Source: a virus
Lineage: Duplodnaviria; Caudoviricetes
Direction: 5' to 3' (one strand)
IMG/VR virus record: IMGVR_UViG_3300046779_001014
Coordinates: 1-42,229 of that record
DNA: 42,229 nt
The translations under genes and the position numbers were made by a program. The notes beneath the pieces were generated by a model that worked only from the letters and a program-made list of their open reading frames with translations, was not told where the DNA came from and ran no database searches. Positions 36,801 to 42,229 of the stretch are shown here, piece after piece; position 1 is the stretch's first letter; each line of letters begins with the position of its first letter.

Positions 36801-38230
36801 GTACTAGAATGAGAATTGTTGGAAAAGTAGAGTCGGATAGCACATCCTGGCAGACTGCAGCAGGTGCAAGTACGTTCTACAACATCTCTACAGAGGATCC
36901 AGAGCGTGTAGCTAAGATTGATGGAGGATCTGGTGGTTTGGGTATCTTGGTAAACCCAAAGACAAACGCAGGGTACTACTTTGAAATTGCTGCCTTAAAC
37001 ACAGATAACCCAGAAGACTACAAGGAAACTGGTTTTACGGTTCACAACGTATTCTTCTATAAGGTAGAAAAGAAAAACACAAGCGAAGGCTTAGCGGCTC
37101 CAGTTAAGCTTTGGAGCGGAATGTCTAGCATTCTCGTAGACTCTGGAACATTCACTGGCCAAGAAAGAGTGTTTGGTCAAAATAACCAGACCGTATACGA
37201 TTTGGCTGTTGAGTATGAAAATATTGGTTCTAAGAGAAGATTCTACCTATTCCTAAATGGAACACAAATAGCTACAGTAGATGACCTAAACCCAAATGTA
37301 GAAGATGAGCATGATAACATGTCACTTTTTGTTAGAGGTTCGTCAAGGTGTATGTTTGAAAATATATATGCACTGTCAAATAATTATTCAAAGAGTCAGT
37401 CCTCCTCACTTGAGCCAATAGTTGCTAAGGCATTTGGTGCCACAGACATAGCGATTAATGAATCATTTAGGAAGTACTCAATTTCTGGCATAGTCCAGGC
37501 AACCTATTTGTCTGGAATTAGTGCTGCTACTTCGCCAAGATACAAGATTTACTATGAAGAGTTTGGAACGATTATGCGAGAGGCAGCATACTTTAATATT
37601 AAGTACGATAAGGCTTATCCTGCACTTTATGCAAAAATTTCACCAACGTTTAATAAGTTGCGTGGATATACGGTTTCTGGATTTTTTGCAGGTGCGTATG
37701 GTGCAGAGTTCCTGGTATTTAATGCAACAGATAATACAATAATCCTAGACGAAAGCACTGGAAACTATCTTAGAATTCAGGGGGTAACCTTTACTCAAAA
37801 CTCTTCACACGATTTAACAGTAGACGAATACTTTAGTAAAAAGTCCAACCTAGCAGATCCACAGTTTACAAGTGGAACTTCTGTAGTATCTGCTAACATA
37901 ATCAAGCAGAAGTTCCGTGATATTAAACTAAACAGAACATCTAATGGACAGGTTGACTTTAATTTACGAGCAGATTACGTTCAGGACCAAGACTCGGCAT
38001 ACGAGCTTATGGGATGGCTAACGGAGAAGATCATGAAAGATAGGATGTCTATCGGAATGAAGATATTCGCAAACCCAATGATTCAGCTTGGTGATATAGT
38101 AGAGGTTGATTATATTGAAGACCAGGTAGTAATGCTTGGAGAAGGTTCGAAGAGATTTGTGGTATACAATATTGAATATGCTCGCTCTCTCGAAGGACCA
38201 GAAATGATCCTATACTTAAGTGAGGTTTAA
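33818..38230 (+). CDS. Large tail tip/hub protein with lectin-like insert
   Basis: LEQLAISTQTAMFFDEYNNF and ANPMIQLGDIVEV hub motifs; YDLAVEY...LFLNGTQI. Confidence 0.7.
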   Translation: MFDDKELLNHLQTQPTIKTRSAIIAEWNMNIGSNIDKVGNYRYRPLDQVGSKYSSLSQTYDPEDIGYLYTGATNADIVIDGTYDEEDSLTLFKTNNEKEESLFSLESCLERFRPRSGINKARFGINSKYLHYSNEDLASRPRYYMADKNDKFKYWSSFRSEAIYKYEYSDGSTSYGESPTFLDGEVAKSGVVSSYKERGIALQKQNGQHYIDDTAPFVIYKDPVPANRIVTKIQTNIGSVKLNDMFGPAGLVSDPFFGDENKTTPVRWKIQYLSGNSWIDAVSFDESSRRKDGSPIFSSDGYVELSYGLIIPELFRDKFNLVGTVSLEANLPQEAVDGDAYLIIPSDGSIGRMTVWYNGGYVRSFTPEYGWQLHDENVSSATNFISELVDSPSYFVGSERKFREFTFVRGIRVVAETMNLHGTSLDLIEMSPRLAADISGITKSFSLSKTASDIGDSGLPVGQLLASTGAIQIFDTELAFNKNNIRSMVSEYQAQNLQIKFYEVINRDDIDYYIPIKTMYSDGFPETSMDNRNVTITLRDMLFYFENHNAPELLITKASLSYAVSILLDYIGFSNYTFYRLENESDPIIPFFFVDPTMSLAEVLEQLAISTQTAMFFDEYNNFICMSKGYMMPGQDDRATDLTLYGSKDYSKDGISKNQSTTLNLANIIEVTEKNSKVYNSGTINYTTRYIQKSLGSIKQAYVLDKERTWIYKSVLLWEVSAPENSKSVNEQTSTSDSYSLSAIPLNSDLSDQVPVVVNNQVVNNIIDLGEAVYWLGKYNGYFYANGEIIKFDAIEYSVSGIFGNVWITSVADYQKYFSKIPFNGKMYPTGRVRIYSEPNYEQVLDQTRLANGAVAKHGRGQFGTAIEKHSAGLNPYWKSSENVRGYAMESRYLFGQDTFDTEVQSVAIAGEKTADGAFANTKAKRSNRTDVIKNFLSSTYYSETSSSTKTPEMVQASALVFEGPSFTTEESPLNFVSYVTKKVSDQSNKFKHFGTRMRIVGKVESDSTSWQTAAGASTFYNISTEDPERVAKIDGGSGGLGILVNPKTNAGYYFEIAALNTDNPEDYKETGFTVHNVFFYKVEKKNTSEGLAAPVKLWSGMSSILVDSGTFTGQERVFGQNNQTVYDLAVEYENIGSKRRFYLFLNGTQIATVDDLNPNVEDEHDNMSLFVRGSSRCMFENIYALSNNYSKSQSSSLEPIVAKAFGATDIAINESFRKYSISGIVQATYLSGISAATSPRYKIYYEEFGTIMREAAYFNIKYDKAYPALYAKISPTFNKLRGYTVSGFFAGAYGAEFLVFNATDNTIILDESTGNYLRIQGVTFTQNSSHDLTVDEYFSKKSNLADPQFTSGTSVVSANIIKQKFRDIKLNRTSNGQVDFNLRADYVQDQDSAYELMGWLTEKIMKDRMSIGMKIFANPMIQLGDIVEVDYIEDQVVMLGEGSKRFVVYNIEYARSLEGPEMILYLSEV

Positions 38231-38740
38231 ATGGCAGTATCAGCTACACCAAACGTACCATTCAAAGACTATGTTCGCACATCATCACAAGTTAAATCAG
38301 CGACTCCAGATTTAATAATCGAAGATCAGATGACCACTCCAATAGAGCTTATGGAGCAGCTCATCTTTGAAAAAATAGGTGGCCAGGAGCTTTTGTTGCT
38401 ATCTAGACACGACAATCTAAATGGACAAAAGGTAGCTTACCAGCCAATATCAAACCTGACAGAACTAAGCATTAAGTATTCTCCAGAAACACTTATATTT
38501 GCTTCAGAATCATTCAAGGATTATTTTAAAAACTTTACCATTTTGCTAGAATCTGCAGTACCAGAGCTAATAAAATACGACGTTGACGGTGCAATTATCT
38601 TCAATGATTCTGCACCAAATGCCTATACCAGTAATATAACTGGAGGTATAACCCTGGAATTCTCTGACATAAAGAATGGCCAGCAGGTAGAGGTTCAGAT
38701 AATGTCAAACACAAAGCTATTTGATGATACAATATACTAA
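38231..38740 (+). CDS. Hypothetical tail-tip protein
   Basis: Contiguous ORF in the tail operon. Confidence 0.55.
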   Translation: MAVSATPNVPFKDYVRTSSQVKSATPDLIIEDQMTTPIELMEQLIFEKIGGQELLLLSRHDNLNGQKVAYQPISNLTELSIKYSPETLIFASESFKDYFKNFTILLESAVPELIKYDVDGAIIFNDSAPNAYTSNITGGITLEFSDIKNGQQVEVQIMSNTKLFDDTIY

Positions 38741-38752
38741 GGTGATTACAAA

Positions 38753-39922
38753 TTGATTACAAACGTCGGCAAGTCCATTTTATCCAAGTACCTGATAGGT
38801 CAGGCACCAGCCTATGCCTCGCACATAGCCATTGGCTGCGGTGCTACAGTAAACTCTAATCCACTAGATCCAAATGGATTTGCTGAAAAGCTAGACATGG
38901 ACTTTGAGATGCTACGTGCACCTATTATTTCAAGAGGGTATGTAGTTGAAGATGGGCAGTCAAAGATTATCTTTACTGCCGAGTTGCCAACACAGGAGCG
39001 ATATGAAATAACAGAGGTTGCACTCTACCCTTCTGGTGCTAATTCATATGCATCTGGGTTTGATAGTCGTGTCCTTTATTACTTTTCTAGACAAGAGCCA
39101 TGGAAAATTGGAGAACTTCCAGTAACTGCGATAGATACTCCACTAGATTCTCAAAATAACGAAAATGATATAGATCAGTATGTAGACGTTAGTGCTAATC
39201 CTGCACAGCTAGTAGAAATTCCAAAAGTGTTTCAAACCAATGCCAGTAATAAGCTATTCTCTAATGCAGCTAGACAGAATAGAAATGAGCAGGCACGATT
39301 CCTCAACAATATGATGATGGTGCGTGGAGACTTCTCAACCATTGATGCATCTGATGAAATTGTTACTGGAGAAAACTATATTAGCCTTAGCCCTATCTCT
39401 ATTAACTTGGACAAGAATGCTCCAACAGATAAAATTAAGATTGCGTTTTCTGTGGTTAACCAAGAGGGTAACCTGATAGATGAAGAGCCAGCCAAGCCAG
39501 GAAAGGTAAAGCTTTTAGTAGAGTTTGTAACAAGTTCTGGTCAAACAGCAAAGTTCTACGCAACAGCAACTTCAACATTGCACGGTGGATCGGCAAATTT
39601 TGCTACAACTAGATATTTTGTCATTGAAGAAGAGCTAAAAGATTTGGTTAAGAGTTCTGGATTTGCTTGGAGCCAGGTAAATGCTGTTCGTGTTTATTCT
39701 GCAGTGCTTGTACCAACTAACCCAGGCGGTACTGAGTTTGATAAGTCAGATAATTTCTATGTATCATTAGATGCCATTAGACTGGATAACGTTAATTCTT
39801 ATAATCCACTATACGGAATGACTGGTTACACTGTAGTTAAGACACCAGACGTACGACCAATTGTTAAGTTGCCAAACACAAGCAGCCTGATAGAATTTAG
39901 GCTTGCAGTCGGAGTTGCATAA
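38753..39922 (+). CDS. Baseplate/tail-tip structural protein
   Basis: MITNVGKSIL...IAIGCG...FTAE...ITEVALY resembles fibre-attachment N-termini; TGATACAAT (38725-38733) and aaggtg upstream. Confidence 0.55.
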   Translation: MITNVGKSILSKYLIGQAPAYASHIAIGCGATVNSNPLDPNGFAEKLDMDFEMLRAPIISRGYVVEDGQSKIIFTAELPTQERYEITEVALYPSGANSYASGFDSRVLYYFSRQEPWKIGELPVTAIDTPLDSQNNENDIDQYVDVSANPAQLVEIPKVFQTNASNKLFSNAARQNRNEQARFLNNMMMVRGDFSTIDASDEIVTGENYISLSPISINLDKNAPTDKIKIAFSVVNQEGNLIDEEPAKPGKVKLLVEFVTSSGQTAKFYATATSTLHGGSANFATTRYFVIEEELKDLVKSSGFAWSQVNAVRVYSAVLVPTNPGGTEFDKSDNFYVSLDAIRLDNVNSYNPLYGMTGYTVVKTPDVRPIVKLPNTSSLIEFRLAVGVA

Positions 39923-40410
39923 TGCCTAATAGGATTATCAATATAGACAAAAACAATCTCCCAATTAGTTCGGATACTGGAGAATACATCTTCAGATATA
40001 GAATTGTGTCAGATGATAAAAACAGGTTTTCGGCCTGGTCACCACAATACAGACTACAGGCTCCAACCATAAGCCAGATAATGGCTGCAAACAATGTAGC
40101 CTCGCTGCCAATCCCAAGCTATTCGGTTCAAACAGCATCTGGTGGGGAAAAGGTAGCAACAGTATCTTGGAATATTCCAGCAATCTTTTCTTCTGTTGAG
40201 AAGTATGACGTATACATTAAATGGGGTTCGTCTACTGGCACTAACGCCTGGGAATTCTTTAAGACGGTATCCGCAGGAACTTTTGTTATCGTAAAGCCAT
40301 CTACTCAGACCAATAATACTATTAACATTAAGATTCAATCTGTGGTATACCCTAAAAAGGTGCTAGAGTCGCAAGTTCTCTATACTCTTACAGATAAAGC
40401 TTTTTCGTGA
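39922..40410 (+). CDS. Tail protein with FN3-like segments
   Basis: YIFRYRIVSDDKNRFSAWS; TVSWN...YDVYIKW. Confidence 0.5.
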   Translation: MPNRIINIDKNNLPISSDTGEYIFRYRIVSDDKNRFSAWSPQYRLQAPTISQIMAANNVASLPIPSYSVQTASGGEKVATVSWNIPAIFSSVEKYDVYIKWGSSTGTNAWEFFKTVSAGTFVIVKPSTQTNNTINIKIQSVVYPKKVLESQVLYTLTDKAFS

Positions 40411-40416
40411 TATAAT
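40408..40416 (+). promoter_or_regulatory. Extended -10 promoter TGATATAAT
   Basis: Overlaps the TGA stop, 9 nt before ATG 40426. Confidence 0.55.
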
Positions 40417-40425
40417 TAATCTACT

Positions 40426-40869
40426 ATGGCAAAAATACCTACACCAGATAGAGGGCAGCCTCTAGATGTTTCTTACATCTATTATATTGTAGATGCAATT
40501 AATGAACTTGCATCGCAGCAAGTATCAGCCACATATAAGTACTCGTCTATTGACACCATTGCAGGACCACAGAACTCTTTGATAACAGACACAAAGATTG
40601 TAGCAGGAGAGACTACCGTATATGCAACTGAAACTGACGTTTCTGCTGGTAAGACAGAGCCATTCTCATATTCCTTTAAGAGCGAATATAAGTATCCTCC
40701 AATTGTGACCGCAACCCCAGTCTTGGTTTCCTCTACTGGATCTGGACGTGACGTATCGGTTGTTATCGAAAGCATTACGACTGCTAGAATTGATGGCAAG
40801 GTAACTTTTAACTCTAGCGGTAAATCAGCCCTAAAGATTAACATCATTGCAGTCGGTGTTCCTAACTAA
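40426..40869 (+). CDS. Small tail spike/fibre protein with H-type-lectin-like C-terminus
   Basis: YSFKSEYKYPPIVTAT...INIIAVG. Confidence 0.55.
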   Translation: MAKIPTPDRGQPLDVSYIYYIVDAINELASQQVSATYKYSSIDTIAGPQNSLITDTKIVAGETTVYATETDVSAGKTEPFSYSFKSEYKYPPIVTATPVLVSSTGSGRDVSVVIESITTARIDGKVTFNSSGKSALKINIIAVGVPN

Positions 40870-40877
40870 GGTTTGCT

Positions 40878-41426
40878 ATGGCACCAAATCCAAAGCGTGG
40901 CTATAGAACTCGTGAAGAGTATAATCAGGCACCAGTAATTCCTGGAAACAAGAAGGTATGGTTCCTAAATGGGTATCTTGTTCGTGTTCATCATCTAAAT
41001 AGAGCAAACGGAATTATGTCTGTTTATAACATTATTACAGATCAAATAGAGAGTTGTCTAGTAGCTGACTTCAAGCGAAATCGTGAACGTGCATATACTG
41101 TTGGTGAGACGGCAGATCTGGTAAATAGGCACAAAAAGTATATACCATCACTAATAAAACGAGGAGTCATTCCAGGACCAACTGGATCGCAAAAGGGTGG
41201 CGGTACTGGTTGGCAAGTAAGAAGTTATTATGCAGAATCACAAGTAAGAGAGATACGTGATATACTAGCATCCTACTCTATGGGAAGACCTAGAGATGAC
41301 AAGCTTATAACCAACAATATAACTCCATCGCCACAAGAGTTGACAAGGCGTATGGGAGATGGTATACTGACTTATACTAGAACAGAAGATGGAAGATTTA
41401 TCCCAGTCTGGGCTGAGTCTATATAG
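40878..41426 (+). CDS. MerR-like winged HTH DNA-binding protein
   Basis: YTVGETADLVNRHKKYI..LIKRGVIPGP...RSYYAESQVREI. Confidence 0.7.
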   Translation: MAPNPKRGYRTREEYNQAPVIPGNKKVWFLNGYLVRVHHLNRANGIMSVYNIITDQIESCLVADFKRNRERAYTVGETADLVNRHKKYIPSLIKRGVIPGPTGSQKGGGTGWQVRSYYAESQVREIRDILASYSMGRPRDDKLITNNITPSPQELTRRMGDGILTYTRTEDGRFIPVWAESI

Positions 41427-41437
41427 AAGAAGGAAAT

Positions 41438-41653
41438 ATGGGTATGGAAAACGAAAACACTAGAGTACGAGTAGCCCTTGGCTATACGCTAAACCTAGGA
41501 AACTTTCAGTCGCTGCGAATTGACCTAGAGGTGTCAGACAGCAAGCGTGATGGAGAAAATGCAGGAGAGGCATTTGAGAGGGTTTATTCTTTTGTAGAGG
41601 ATAAACTAGCCGAAAAGGTCAAAGAGGCATCTCAGGAGATTGAGAGCAAGTAA
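41438..41653 (+). CDS. Small hypothetical protein (start may be 41444)
   Basis: TLNLGNFQSLRID motif; SD aagg; coupled to the next gene. Confidence 0.6.
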   Translation: MGMENENTRVRVALGYTLNLGNFQSLRIDLEVSDSKRDGENAGEAFERVYSFVEDKLAEKVKEASQEIESK

Positions 41654-41961
41654 TGGCAGATCGCAAGGACAGGTTTGCCTTGCTTAGTCGTTACAGTAAG
41701 CTACATGCTGCACGGTATGAAGCAAGGCCTCAGATTAACCTAAACGTAGAGCAATGGTCAGCAGACGCACTTGTAGAATCATATGGTTTACAAGAGTGCT
41801 ATGATTTGCTACAATATTATTTTGATATTGCACAGAATCCAAATTGGAAATACTTTGCAAATTATGCACATGAAATAATTGACAAACAAGAACAGTATAA
41901 ACAAGATCTGCTAGAGAGACAGCAGCGTAGAGAACAGGCAAAGAGGTGGTTGAGTGAGTAG
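41653..41961 (+). CDS. Hypothetical replication-module protein (possible helicase loader)
   Basis: Helical 102 aa, overlaps the helicase start; function from position only. Confidence 0.5.
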   Translation: MADRKDRFALLSRYSKLHAARYEARPQINLNVEQWSADALVESYGLQECYDLLQYYFDIAQNPNWKYFANYAHEIIDKQEQYKQDLLERQQRREQAKRWLSE

Positions 41962-42229
41962 CACAGAGTCAAAGCTGATTTCAGCAGTACTAAATGATAA
42001 GCAGGTGCATGTACTCCTGCAAGCAAACGTAGACAATATTCTTACTACCCACAATGACGTTTGGCAATTTATTCGTAAATACTTCGAAACAAATTCTTCA
42101 ACGCCACCAGTTGAGCTGGTTGTAGAAAAGTTCCGTGATTTTGTTCCAGACAATGGTGTTGGTGCTACTAAGTATCATTTAGAACAGCTGCAGCATGAGT
42201 ATATGAATAATGCACTCAAGGATGTTATT
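41954..42229 (+). CDS. dnaB: DnaB-like replicative helicase, N-terminal part (runs off the window; not in the ORF track)
   Basis: GTG after gaggtg; MSSTESKLISAVLNDK...HNDVWQFIRKYF...PPVELV; open to the window end. Confidence 0.65.
   Translation, partial: MSSTESKLISAVLNDKQVHVLLQANVDNILTTHNDVWQFIRKYFETNSSTPPVELVVEKFRDFVPDNGVGATKYHLEQLQHEYMNNALKDVI

Larger units (their letters stand above)
1..42229 (+). mobile_element. Tailed dsDNA bacteriophage genome segment (structural module and start of replication module)
   Basis: Co-oriented portal, protease, capsid, neck, tail tube, chaperones, tape measure and tail-tip genes in canonical order; no host housekeeping genes. Confidence 0.97.

Noticed and set aside
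1-42229. Stop-codon reassignment
   Set aside because: TAA, TAG and TGA all end genes at tight junctions and long ORFs are intact under the standard code

Overview
The whole window is part of a tailed dsDNA phage genome with siphovirus-type morphogenesis genes. The host is most plausibly an actinobacterium (inference from leaderless genes, GTnAC-N6-GTnAC boxes, a PASTA domain and a secreted NlpC/P60 plus transglycosylase pair). Bases 1-16.4 kb hold an array of tail-fibre/adaptor/receptor-binding cassettes and a large LamG-like protein, interrupted by a minus-strand two-gene cell-wall-hydrolase operon. Bases 16.4-24.8 kb hold portal, protease-scaffold, major capsid, neck and tail-tube genes. 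Bases 24.8-40.9 kb hold two paralogous tail assembly chaperones, a 2390-aa tape measure protein and tail-tip genes. The end holds a MerR-like regulator and the start of a DnaB-like helicase. No terminase, integrase, tRNA, CRISPR or reverse transcriptase was recognised. Main observations: (1) the usual G/GT chaperone frameshift appears to be replaced by gene duplication; (2) the hydrolase operon has a structured leader with two small uORFs and two MtrA/GlnR-type boxes; (3) the capsid and tail-tube genes share a 17-nt end encoding Tyr-Tyr-stop; (4) a PASTA/20-Cys protein sits beside a CxxC protein; (5) a recurring TGnTAnnnT promoter motif precedes many genes, several apparently leaderless. All family calls come from motif recognition by eye, not database searches.
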